From assembly GCF_018977255.1 (NCBI RefSeq), contig NW_024704742.1, positions 93,622,001 through 93,686,000 of the forward strand: DNA of 64,000 bases, written 5' to 3'. Below are positions 1 to 12,379 of this stretch, piece by piece. Numbering within the stretch: the stretch's first letter is position 1; every line of letters begins with the position of its first letter. The position numbers and the translations under genes were made by a program. The notes under the pieces were generated by a model. The model was not told the DNA's origin. It saw only the letters and a list, made by a program, of their open reading frames with translations, and did no database searches. The DNA comes from Callorhinchus milii. Its lineage: Eukaryota.

Positions 1-1492
1 CCATCACCATGCTTAAGAATATCCAACCCAAACTGAGAATTCCATGCATCCCAACTTACACGTGGAAATCCCAGAGATAGTTTGTTGGAAAGGAATGCAC
101 ACTCTCTCCCTGGAGGCATGCATCCTGCTTACCTAATTTCGGAAAATATTAGGCACAGGTTTGAAAGAGCCAAGGATTTTGGACCCCAGAGTGTGCTGAC
201 TGGCAAGCTTTCCCGCTGCTTACCTAGCTAGGAGCGCCCTACGCATTAGGGCTTTGGCTTGCTGGGTTAAAAGGAGCTGAGTGGGAAAAATCCCTGCTTC
301 CAGCGACTGGAACAGTGACTTTACAGAGAACAGTGACCATGTTCAATGAACATCCTAGGGAGGTAGTAGAGACTCACTGTTAATGGCTATGAGAGGTAGG
401 TATACTGTGTGATTTTTTGGGGGGATAGAGATTGTATAATGAGCTTTTCTAACCCTATGTTTCTAAGCAATTAAAGCTCAAACCAACACAACTCTCGGGG
501 TTAGTACAATTCCTGAACATTAAAGTGTAATGAATGGAATACTTTGAATAATAATAATATTCTAATTTCCTTATAAGAAGGTGGACAGCTTAACTAATAA
601 AATATATAATCGTCATAAAACAATCATTTAATAGTTTGGAAGAATAAATCTCAGTTTAAGATTTAAAACGTTCTAATATTTTTAGTCTTCCATTATTGTT
701 CTTATTGAAGGATCAGGCACATTGTAGTATAAAGCAGCTGATTTAAGTCTTTCCCCAGGTGTCTAGTTTCTTTCTCAGTAAAAGCTCCAATTTCCTGGCT
801 TCATTCACAGTAACCTTGATGAGTGTTGGCTCCCTGGCAGCTGTTTATACATTCTGTTAAATGCACATGTACAGTACGTTTTAGATAATGGACGTACAGC
901 AGCGAGGATCCAACTGAGAGTCAAAATGTTGCAATAATCTCTATTAATACAGCTCAAGCCGCTTCTATCCAGGGCTTGAAGTCTCTCCTCCGTATCTATT
1001 ATTTTCTACAATATTGTACAGTATAAACAATTTTAATGTTTGGCGCCAAAGATATTTAAGCATTGAAGTCTATGTCTCATTGCCTCAAACCTGGGATATT
1101 CTACAGAACAAAGAAACCCATTATTGGTAATCTGCCATAATAGTTATGAAGGTTAAGAACATTTGTGCTTTTTTAGTTTGATATCTTTAGTGAATTATTT
1201 GTGCTCTTCAAAAATGAGTAATGCCAGTGCTGAAAGTGGAATATTTTCCACTTTAGGTCCAGACTTATGGAGTCCTGTACCTTAGTGGTTTTGATTTAGC
1301 ACCTTATCATGTCATTGAGACATCTCAAAGCGCTTCACAGAATGTATTGTAAAGTGAATTGACTGTGCATTTTGTGGAAGAAACACGGCAGGCAATTGTG
1401 CACAGCAGTGTGCCACAAACAGTCGTGGATTGAGTGACTGATTTATTTTTCTTATAATTTTTTTGAGGGTTTATTACCCCTGGAAAGCGATC

Positions 1493-2034
1493 TGTCACGG
1501 TTGCACTATTCTTGCAGTCTTTTGTGATGTGTATATATGTTTTATAATTCTATAATATTATTTAAGGGAAATGGGGAGTCCTGCCCTTTCTGTAGTTGCA
1601 GAACCTGCTTGCAGCAGAGAGGTAGCATGCAGCATGCACGAGTTTGCAAGAAAGTATAGATCCAGAGCTGCTTGATTGACAGTCAGCTAAACAAGCAGCC
1701 TGCAGAGTAAAATAACATGCGGGCGCTAGCGTGGGAAAAATCCCTCGCATTTACATCATACGGTGGGCAGAGCCATACGCATATATAAGGCAATGCTCAG
1801 CGCTCCTCGTGGTCGCTAACTAATGGTCGTCATCCAATATGTACTGACGTGAATAGGACAACTGTACAGTCAGGGTTGTTTTTCATGTTTCTTTACTAAT
1901 GTAGTTTTGTGCTGCCAGTTGTTACAGTTATGTGTGATTGTTATGTTTGATCGGATTGTTGTATATCTTCCATTGTTGTGTTCCTTATATTACAAATTAG
2001 CCTAGGGTTGCAAGGTTTTAATAAAGAGCTAACA
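1493..2034 (+). mobile_element. LTR-like segment (possible solo LTR)
   Basis: TGTCA...TAACA termini, TATATAA at 1782-1788, AATAAA at 2020-2025 just before the terminal CA, about 540 bp. No TSD of its own found; an alternative start is TGTGATGT at 1523. Confidence 0.45.
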
Positions 2035-2176
2035 AAAGGCAAAATGTTGCAGATGCTGGAAATCTGAAACAAAAACAGAATCACTGGGAACACTCAGCAG
2101 GTCAGGCAGCATCTGTGGAGAAAGGAAAGTGAGTCAATGTTTCGGATCCACGTCAGAACCCTTCGTCATGAATTTT
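2035..2176 (-). mobile_element. Penelope-like element terminal fragment
   Basis: Reverse-complement homolog of 31275-31410, which is attached to a GIY-YIG remnant. Confidence 0.75.
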
Positions 2177-3682
2177 GATCTGCCAATCGACTGACAACCA
2201 GGTTCCTACTTCTGCCAGGTAAATAGAGGCATGTGGAGTAAGGAAACTTACCTAAGGTTTCGCTCCACTCGGGAATCAAACCTGGGTCCTCACACTTATG
2301 AGACGAGTGCAGTAACCACTACAGGACTCCACATATCAGATATGATTAAGGCCTCTCTGAATAAGATTGCTGATTTGTGGCAGATTATCCAAAAACTGAG
2401 TTGAGACAGTCCACAATTATAATTATTTAATTGAATCCCTTTGTAACTGTGGTGCAGAAGAAGATTCAACATAGAATTGGATCTAAACACAACAGGTTGC
2501 AATTCCTCCGAGTGTTAGAATCATAGAATCATAGAATTATACAGCACAGAAGGAGGCCATTTGGTCCATCGTGTCTGTGCCAGCTCTTTGAAAAGAAAGT
2601 GTTCGCTTGCAAGACCAATTTGCCTTAGAATTTTCTCCCTCAAATCTAAGTCTTTCCCCGCTATTTAGTTTCTAACCCACTATATCAACCAGTTAAATGA
2701 TGGTGTGTGTAATGACTGTTTTTCTCTGAAATATATTATTCCCATACTACAATAAAATTGGTCAGAATTGGGCTGAAATAACATTGGTCCTGTTTTGAGA
2801 TCATTTGTGCATATTATCAATGTAGAACATAACTCAGTGCAAGAGTCTTCCGAACCATAAAGATTCAGTTGTTTAATTTGACTCAGTATAGTGTTCTCTG
2901 CACATTTTAGTGTTTTCTGGGAAGCTGGTAAATGTTTAATAACTGACTTTCATTTAGAGAGGTCACAGATCCCTAGACTGGCATTTATAAATCTTTGTCT
3001 AGTGGGATCACTTGACTTTATTGCAACAAAGTTTTTCATCATCTCCTATACCAATGTGGCATTGGATTAGATATGAGCTTGATCCAACATTTGGATCCAG
3101 CCAACTGAAAAAAATATCCCATTCAATGGCTGTCGGTCACGTTTCTGCTTATAATATTGTCAAGGTGATAAAATGTGGTGGTGGGTATACAGCCATATAT
3201 GGCTGTGATGGGCTTGCACTGCAAACCAAGACTTGCTGGCCTTAGGTGCTATGAATAGCATTTGTAACATTGTAGGGGGTTACCGATGTCTACACTCATG
3301 AATTAATGGAGTGGAACAGACTATTAGCTTTAAAGGGAAAATCAGACTTTTCAATTTAAGTTCACAGTTAGGCTAAACTAAAGTTCCAATCTCCGATTGT
3401 CATTGTGTCAACTTGACTTTACTGTTTCATCATCTTTACCAATGGTGCATTGAATTAGAGATAAGAAATAAGGCATCAGTTTGACATCTTTATTCATACC
3501 GAAAAACAAATTTATACACAAACTTTTTATACAAGCATCTACTTGAAGATTGCATCTTGGTAGTTTTATCCATTTGAGAATGTTGTAGGTTAGTCACAGA
3601 TTGCTGGTGACTGGTCTGAATTTCTCTAGAAGGCAATAGATTCCATGGTTTGTGCCTTTCCATTTATACTTGTAGCTACAGT

Positions 3683-4058
3683 GTGGAGTCCTGTAGCTCA
3701 GTGGTTAGAGCACTTGCCTCGCAAGCGAGAGTCCGGGGTTCATTCCCGGCAGGGCGAAATGTTGGGCAAATTTCCTTGCTCTACACACCTCTGTTTACCC
3801 AGCAGTAAGTAGGAACCTAGTTGTTAGTCGATTGGCAGATCGCTTTTCCAGGGATAATAATCCTTAAAAAAAACACAATAATAATTTGTTCACTCAATCC
3901 ACGACTGTTTGTGGGACACTGCTGTGCGCAATTGGCTGCCGCGTTTTGCCCACAAATATTCAGTCAATTCACTTTACAGTATATTCTGTGAAGCACTTTA
4001 AGACGTGTAGAAGATGTGAAAAACACTATATCAAATGCAAGGATTATTATTATTATTA
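3683..4058 (+). mobile_element. Full-length tRNA-derived SINE (long form) with Deu-like core and L2-type tail
   Basis: A box TAGCTCAGTGG, B box GGTTCATTCCC, core GTGGGACACTGCTGTGCGCAATTGGCTGCC, tail TATCAAATGCAAGG(ATT)n. Many copies in the window. Confidence 0.9.
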
Positions 4059-7000
4059 CTTACATTCCCTATGAACTGGAAAACTGATAATATTACATAA
4101 TCACAATTTGTAAGTGAACCTGACTGGTCAGGTCTTTTTATTTATTTGCCAGATGCGAAAAGCAATATGTAAGTTATGCTTTGATGCCTCATTGGAGCCT
4201 AATGTGTAGCAATTTGCAACAGGAGTCTCTAATAATGCTAATACAGGTAAACAGAAATGTGTAATGTCCACCAGAGGGTTAGAACAAGAGAGGAGTACTA
4301 CAGATAGATGAGACTCACTCTGTTAACCAGCAGAAGTAGCTATTTGCAATCTCTTACAACTTACTGCAAATTTGATAGATCCCATTATGTCAGAAAAATA
4401 TAATTGTCAGAAAAGATGGATACTTTTCACTCCCCCACAATGCTGAGAAGCCTCTTAAAAAAGGACAGCAATGGCATTTAGTGATTAGGGTTAAAAGTTG
4501 ATGATTCTTGCGTGAGCATTTCTGTAAATGTCTTGACTAAAAATGAAATTTCATTACAACTCCTAAAGTTGTTAAGTTTCTTATTAAGAAACATTTTCAA
4601 TTATAGAGCCTAATTACAGATGTTTCTTGCACTGAGCCATACGGTATAACGTTTGCCTGCCAATACTCTTTGCCTAGGCTTGCACATGATACATAATCAC
4701 TTGGGAGAGGTACCACACTAATGCCTGTGATACCATATCTCTGCATGAGCTTTTCTTCTAAAGAGCAGAGAGGAGTAAATCAGAGGTGGGCGGGGGGGGG
4801 GGGGGGGGGAATAAAGAGTTAATATTTTAGACTCCTTTTCAAGTGTCTTGAGGCTCCGTAGCACATGATAGATTTGCACTTAAGGAAAATATAAACAGTA
4901 CCGTAATGATATTTCCATATTTCTTTCACAGCTTTCTTTTAGTCATATTATTGAAGCAATGCTTGAAATGATATGGAGACTCAAACTCGACAAGACATAA
5001 CATTCCCTTTGGAAGTAACCTTAATGCCCAGAAATATGAGGTGTGGTTTCTTTCAACAGTCTTTGATATTCTGTGAAAGCAAAATTCCACGGTTCCCTGG
5101 AGAATGAGTCAATTCATAATCCACTGTTAAAAATACTTTTAACATCATGTTTATTGAAATTAAAACTTGTCATAACAACATGGATGATGTTAACTAGACA
5201 TCAAATAAATGGTTATGCCTATGTGTTTGGAACAATAAAAAAAGTAACAGTATTTACATTCCATGCACACTTAAATGACTTGTTCCATATTAATCCGTGC
5301 AAAGGGATGGTTGGATTCTTCTCATTGATGTCATGACAAATTGTAGTGAATTATTTTAATGAAGTTTTTTCTTACAGCTCATAGACAATAATACAAATTT
5401 TACATGTCAGCCTGTATTATAGATATTCCAGTGAGAATGTAATATCTAGCTCACAGAGCTGCCTACCTCTTGTAGAAAATAAATGGGCCTATATATAGGG
5501 TTCTTATTTGTGGTACTGTTTGAATGGATTCCTTAATAAGAAATCTGGGCTGTGCAAATGGGGATTACTGGTAACTGGAAGTGATTCATTACATGGGAAC
5601 TCCATTCTATGCTGATCTACATCCATAGCAGAATTTCCAGAGTTCTACAACAATTCTAATGGGATCATAACTAGGAAATCCTGCAAATGACAGCACTTAG
5701 GGTCAGCTTTGTCATATTTCGTAACTGGATTTCTCAATTAAGAAATACGAAAGGGAACTTGTTCTAGTAACTGGAAACATGTCACGGCTGTCGTGAATAC
5801 TCAAGGGAACCTGGTTCCAAATCACAATTGAGTTGGAGCTGTATTCAGAGATCTGCGACTTTCACTTGCTGATCAGATAATGAGAAATATTGAAAAATTC
5901 ACCTTATATAGCAAAAATTGCCATAGAAATGTCAGGCTAGCCTTTTATCTTTGTGTTGCTTGTAGCAGGAATTGTTCTACAGTATTTTTTTAAATCTTGA
6001 TATTCTTCCCAAAGTTTAGCTATGGCACATATCAGGCTGCAGGACCATAAAATTCTCTCTTTGAAAGTGAGATTACGTTGTTATCCCAACAGGAAACTAA
6101 TTTATTATGAACCGTAGGTTGCTCTTGATTTGACTCACAATCCTTCCTCCACCTGTAGGTCACTGGCATTTGAAGCTTGAGGCACCGTAAAAACTGAAGA
6201 CCATGGCTGTGAAGATCAAAGACCTTTCCAACAGCACAAATGTTTTCTTCTGTATTCTTCTGGCCTCTTGTTGTTTTAGGCATATCAAATGTTTGTTTTC
6301 ATTTAATTAAAAGGCTAAGCAGACTTTTATTGAATACCTCATATTGATATCCGCTCTCCACTGGGACCAAGTAAAAATAACAGGGCTGCACCGAGACATG
6401 GAGAAGTCTCTCAACATTTTTTTAAAAAAAGCATACATCGTGACACCAAATGATTTAAAGGATTATTATCTGTCAAACTTGTCCCTCTTCACAGGGATAC
6501 TGACTTTCATTATGATTCCAATGTTTGAATTACGTCCATCCAGAAAATTACTATTTACTAGCGACAGAGATTAATATGCAGTTTAATCAGGATTTCAGAA
6601 GGGGTGGGGGAAGTTTCTTCCCTTCTTGGTAAATTAACCAACCTTTGGTAGTTATAATGCTTATAATGAGAATAGCTCTTCCCTTGTGCTTTACAATGGT
6701 TCTGTCTCAGAATGAACTTTCTTGTTACTCAGTAGTTCCTTTGGTTCTCTGACTTTTAATCTGCGGAGTGGTAAAGCCAATGTTAATTGGTAATGGCTAT
6801 AGAACAGAGGCTAGCCACAGAAGTGGCCTGGCCTGTTCATCTGGCTGTGGGAAAGAAGAGATGAGTGCTTACAAATCCCTTTACTGGGGAGAGTGAGGGG
6901 GAGGGAAGGTGGGAATGTAAAGAGCCTGTAGTTTTGATCGAATGCTAATTCTGGCTGAGTGGTGGGATTACAGAGAAAGGGAGGCAGCTAAGGCCTAACA

Positions 7001-7409
7001 TTTAAAAATGTACATTGTATAAAAGCCTCTGTGAGCTGGGTGTGTGGACAGGAGAAACCCATTACTATATTAGAAGCCACCCTCTTTATTAAGTAAAGAA
7101 AGGGCTGTGTGTGTCCAGTTAGATTGCCTTGAGAATGAACTTTTCCACAATTATTTAAATTTTAAAAAAATTCTTCATTTACCATTGCTACTGGTTAATT
7201 TAAAATACTGCATAGAGGGCACTGTTTTAATGGTTCAGGACCTTCAGCTTATTCTGCATGCTTTCAGCTTGCATTACTGTGACGTTCAGTTAGCAATAGG
7301 AGAACTTTGCACTACATTTATAAAGCAAATCTGAAATCTTCATTCCCGAAAGTAACATCTCCCAAACCATATGTTGTAGCAATAGGATAGAGGAACTAAA
7401 TGTAAAACA

Positions 7410-7560
7410 ATGCTGTTAGTTACATCAAGCCAGGAGAACAAGAGAGGGCAGAGTTTCAAGGTTGTGAGTAACAGTTTTAGGATAGATACTAGGAAGTATT
7501 TCTTTACCCAGTGGGAAAAAAGTGGAACAACTAGGTTATTAGGAAGGATAGTGGAAATCA
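7410..7560 (+). mobile_element. CR1 LINE ORF2 C-terminal remnant
   Basis: Translation RGQSFKVVSNSFRIDTRKYFFTQ matches the CR1 TRGH..K.....R...RK.FF..R motif. Confidence 0.7.
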
Positions 7561-7574
7561 GGCTGTCACTCATT

Positions 7575-7812
7575 TCAATAGTAACTTGGTTGTTAGTTGA
7601 TTGGCAGATTGCTTTCCCGGAGTAATAATCCCTTGAAAAAAATTGGTCACTCAATCAATGACTGTTTATGGGACCCTGCTATGCAGAATTGGCTGCTGTG
7701 TTTTGCTCACACTATACACAGTCAGTTCACTTTACAGTATGTTCTATGAAGTGCTTTGCATCATCTCAAAGACTCTATGGCTCTATATCAAATGCAAGGG
7801 TTATTATTATTA
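7575..7812 (+). mobile_element. 5'-truncated SINE
   Basis: Homologous to the 3' two-thirds of 3683-4058. Confidence 0.8.
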
Positions 7813-7934
7813 ATAAATATCAAGAAACAGCTAGATGTTGTAATGGAAAGATGGTAGGGGGTTATTCTGGAATCATGAGATCAAATAGGTCAAATATTGT
7901 TCTTCATCTGAAACTTTTTTGTGACCTTACGAGA

Positions 7935-8253
7935 GAGTCCTGTAGCTCAGTGGTTAGAGCACTCGCTTTGCAAGCGAGAGACCTGAGTTCAATTCCAGGC
8001 AGGGCGAAACCTTGGCAAGTTTCCTTACTCCACACAGAGCCTAATAATAATCCCTCCAAAAACAAAAAAAATAATAAATTGGTCATTTTCAATCCACGAC
8101 TGTTTGTGGGACACTGCGGTGTGCAATTGGCTGCCGCGTTTGCCCACAAATATACAGTCAATTCACTTTACAGTGTGTTGTGTGAAGCGCTTTGGGACGT
8201 CCTCCTGACGTGAAAAGCGCTATATCAAATGCAAGGATTATTATTATTATTAT
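7935..8253 (+). mobile_element. Full-length tRNA-Ala-derived SINE (short form)
   Basis: Head GAGTCCTGTAGCTCAGTGGTTAGAGCACTCGCTTTGCAAGCGAGAG with a TGC anticodon-like loop. Near-identical to 37359-37676 and 57960-58283. Confidence 0.92.
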
Positions 8254-9607
8254 AGAAGAGGTATGTGAGAAAGCATATATCAATGGAGTTGACATGGCAA
8301 ACAAGAATGGGATAGCTGAACCTAATTGCTCTTTCCTTTTTCTGTGAAATATTATGTTCTTCTCATTTGCCTGCATGCATTTTATTTAAATGGCTACAGT
8401 AGTTGTTAATACCTCTTTAAATATCAGAGGATAGAAACACCTCTTTCTGCCCCTCTTCTGTCAATCTCTCCTGTGTTCTGCTCTCTTGAGATTCGCTTTG
8501 AATGGAAGAAAATTAAACATACCCACACGCAAATGCAAAGTGAAACAGAGAATAAATCAGAGTTTAAAATGCAGATATTTGGTTACCAAATTAAAAACAC
8601 AAGACCTAATCCTCAAAATGCACCAATCGAACAATTATCACTCATAAAAGGCTGAAATTTGTGACATTTCATATCAGTTTCAATTTGATTACCAGACTGA
8701 ATTTATTATAAAATGTTACAAAATGTCCCCGAAATACATGTCCAGCTACTGAAAAACTGCTGAATGATGCAGAAGAATTTTAGAATTCACAGTGCTCTGC
8801 AGTCTTTATTTATAAGCACAGTGGGATTCTGGTTAACCTCCTCATGATTTAAAATCATCCAGGAACCAAGGAGATAGTCCCACTAATATTAATTACAAAT
8901 ACAAACGTGGTGACCCACACATTTGTGTTGTCAAAATAGGTTACACACACATATGTGAGCAGTGCTTGAGTTGCTCTTCACTGAGACTTCAAGGTGTTTT
9001 TTGTGAAGCGTGTTAGTGAGGTCTGCTCTCTCCCTCTCTTTTTATCTCGGAGATTTATTAGTGTCAGTGATCAACTTTTTCATTCCTTGACCCGGTATGT
9101 GAGAGGGATGACAGCACACGTGTTTGGTCGCTGACCTGGGAAGCTTCCCTATATAAATCAGCTGCCATATTGGCTCGTGATGGAAGTCAGATCCAGCTGC
9201 TGTTGTGCTGATCCCAGCAGGCAGAGAGACGAGAGAGCTTTGTTGAGCCGTCACTGGAAGGGACAATTTCAACCGCTTTTAGGGAATGGAATTGCTGAGG
9301 AAAGCCAGCCAGCTAGCCAGGAGAGGGAAATCCAGAGAGGCACCTCTGTGTTCACATCATTCAACCTGTTCCGTGAAGATTCAAGTCTATTCACTTTTCT
9401 CCAGTCATTCCTTTTAAGTAGATAATACCATTTTGGGGAAATCTGAACAAATGAAAATTTACAGACCTACTAAAGTGTTTTTAAAAATGAAGGCAGTGGA
9501 GAAAACAATTAAAGAAAAGCACAATAACAACAGTAACTTGTTATAAAAAATAAGTTTTTTTTAATAAATGGATACCAACATTTGATACAATCCCTCAACT
9601 TGTCTAA

Positions 9608-9678
9608 GTTTACAGTGTGTTCTGTGAAGCGCTTTGGGACGTCCTCCCGACGTGAAAAGCGCTATATCAAATGCAAGG

Positions 9679-9713
<35 letters not shown>
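9608..9713 (+). mobile_element. SINE 3' tail with an expanded (ATT)n
   Basis: Matches the 3' end of the short-form SINE, followed by about 11 ATT units. Confidence 0.85.
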
Positions 9714-9714
<1 letters not shown>

Positions 9715-12379
9715 AGTGTCTCAAAGTGCTTTACACAATAAGTTACATTGAAGTGCAGTAGCTGTTATGCAGGAAAATTCAACTAATCTGCACCAGCAGT
9801 GCCACGTAAATAGTAATGAGATGAAGTGGGAGGACATAGCACAATTTCAGACAGACATCTGAAAATGTTGCTTTACCCAGAGGGTATTTAAAGACTGACA
9901 TATGTTGCCAGGAAGTTTGTTGAGACCAGGACAATAGAATAATTTATAAAACAGTTTAATGCTGTGATGGGAAATGGTAGGGTGCATCTTGTGATCTTGC
10001 CATTAAAACTTCAGCACCTCTAGCCCTGGACAAGGATTATCTTGCTCTCAATACTCCAGAGCGAGAAGGAAAGGGGACAGCTATGGTGATAGGATATAGC
10101 CATGGAAACCATGTGTGAAGAGGTGTGCCAATGGCTCACAGTTAAGGAGAAGATGGGTTGTAAATATAATGGTCACCATTGGTTTAATATATAAAAAGCT
10201 GCTTGCAAACACAAGAGGCTTGATAAAGTTAAAGGACCTTCAACTGAAAGATAATATGGCAATATCTGGATATAAGGATTGGACCACTATCACACGCTAC
10301 TGTTATCATTGTGGCTATGATACAGTAATATGATTCGCTCATCAGTGCTTGCAGACCATGTTTTTTCTCCAGTCAACCATGTAATTCGAAAGATGAAGCT
10401 TCAGAGATGACAACAGAGGAATTTGGTTGAAGCTCACCATGTTGCCTTCACCCTCCTCCGACTGTTGAATGGACCAAGTATTGCTTCAAGTCAATGTTTT
10501 GAAAACAGCTGGAGAAAAAAACAGTGTAAAAAGATTTATTCTAGCAATTTTGCACACAAAGACATCTTTATTGATGAATTATATCTACCAGGATCAGTCT
10601 GTAGAAGACAGAGCTAAGTGTGGAATTAAGAAGTCTGCTCAACAAGCAATATGCTGGAGTGTGTATTTAATGATGTTAAACCCCAAATTTTGCCCCAGAT
10701 ACAATAAGAGTTACACTTAGCAGATTAAATTGCATTTTATTTTTTGCAACAGACTGGCCAGTTTCTTTGCTGTTGAAAGGACATGAACACTTTGCCGGCT
10801 TGTTTATAGACAGGAATTTCTGGCATGTAGGCCGAGCGATCGCTGGCAATAAACATGCTGCACGCTTGGTAGTGCTCTCAACTGCACGATTGTTAAACTT
10901 GTTTAAACAGTGTGCTTGTCGAACAGTTTAAAGAGGTTTAAATCCAATGCTATAGAGAAGATCACTGTAGACTGTTGTTATGGTAATAGGGAGGGTAAGT
11001 AAAGTGCTGTGAGCAGTTATCAGAATCACTCACTGCCTCCCATCACTTCCTAGGTGCAGTGTTGTTTGAGTTGGAAAGTGACTGAGAAATAATAGCTGAT
11101 ATTCAAGCCTTCCAAGATGCTACCCCACGTGAAAGCAGCTGTATAATTGCAAGTTGTTGTTGTTGATACATTGTCTTCCATGGGAGCTGGGAAGGCTGAT
11201 GGTGCAGACAGGGCATGTTTTGGGCAGACTGTGAATGGAATAGTTCAAATATCTTTTCCTTATTTCCTGCTTTCTCATGAAAAGGGCAAAGACACAGTAC
11301 TGATGGAGAAAGGATAATGAACCATGCAAGTTTTATGCTTGGCTGTTTGCTCTACATTTATAGGGACAACTTCCTTAAATGATGATAACTATATCCATTG
11401 CTTAATGGAAGGGGGAAATCGATTGTGTGACATCAGTTGTTCTCGTTTTCCTACTACTTTGTGATGTCTTTCCTCCAATTTTCTTTCCTCCTTTAGTGCT
11501 GCTTGTATACAATTCTCCCAAACACTGGTTAGCTTCGCTCCAGGACCTTAACCAAGTGGCCATTCTTCGTGTGTGAGCTTCGACTGTGAATCGAACTGTG
11601 GCTGTACGCCTTGGCAGGTTATTCAGCAGAAAATCTCAGAGTCAAACGTAATGCAGTCCTTGCCCAATGCACTTTACACATGCACTTTACAACAAGGGCC
11701 ACTAGGTAGTAAGTAGGAGTGACAACTGGAGTTAATTTTCCCCTCTGTAGCCTAGAAGTTATGATACCAATTGTAGAACCCACTGAGATCTTCTAACACA
11801 GTATAGACCATGAATCAAAACCTGGGATCCTCAGAGTGTGAAAGGCTCAATTTCACACAAACCAATGATTTTTACCAATTAAGCCATTGGGAAAACTTCA
11901 TTGGCACTTCTTCATTTAACACAATTCTTTACTATTGAACTAAAACATAGATGAGACTCATTGTACTCTTTTGTCTTTGAACCTTCAGCTACTGTGAGTT
12001 TCAAAAGTACATAGGTATGTGAAGGGTAGAAGCTTGAAGGAGTAAGGACGGGCAATGAGACTGAATGAACACCTTGCTCTGAGAGCTGGTACACATGATG
12101 GGTCGAATAACCTCCTTCTGTGCTGGAAATGTCTATGATTCCAAACCTTCAGCCACTATGGCTATGCGCTCTTGAGCTCTTTTCCAAAGAAAATGGAGAA
12201 ACGGGAAATGAGTTGAATGAAATAGTTGGCTTTTACAGAGAACCAGTACAGTATGGCCTTCAATGCTGAAATATTCCATGATTTTGAGGGAGCAGAGGTG
12301 GCTGGTGTATCACGGTGACTTGTGTGAGTAGGAGGCACTTCAGGAGGTGAGGGGGCAAGGGCATCAAGAATGAAAGGGT

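Larger units (their letters stand above)
1291..2331 (-). mobile_element. tRNA-derived Deu-type SINE (long form), split by an insertion at 1495-2176
   Basis: 1291-1494 and 2177-2331 join into the reverse complement of the SINE at 3683-4058. GATCTG is present on both sides of the break. Confidence 0.85.

Noticed and set aside
4793..4809. Long G/C homopolymers (also about 31887-31908 and 42317-42334) as G-quadruplex elements
   Set aside because: Simple homopolymers of uncertain length with no supporting context.
7668..8213. 181-aa ORF
   Set aside because: It runs through two adjacent SINE copies and resembles no protein.
10330..10720. Coding-looking stretch with overlapping short ORFs (similar at 6032-6283 and 33253-33486)
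   Set aside because: No recognisable domain and no consistent exon structure. At most highly decayed transposon sequence.
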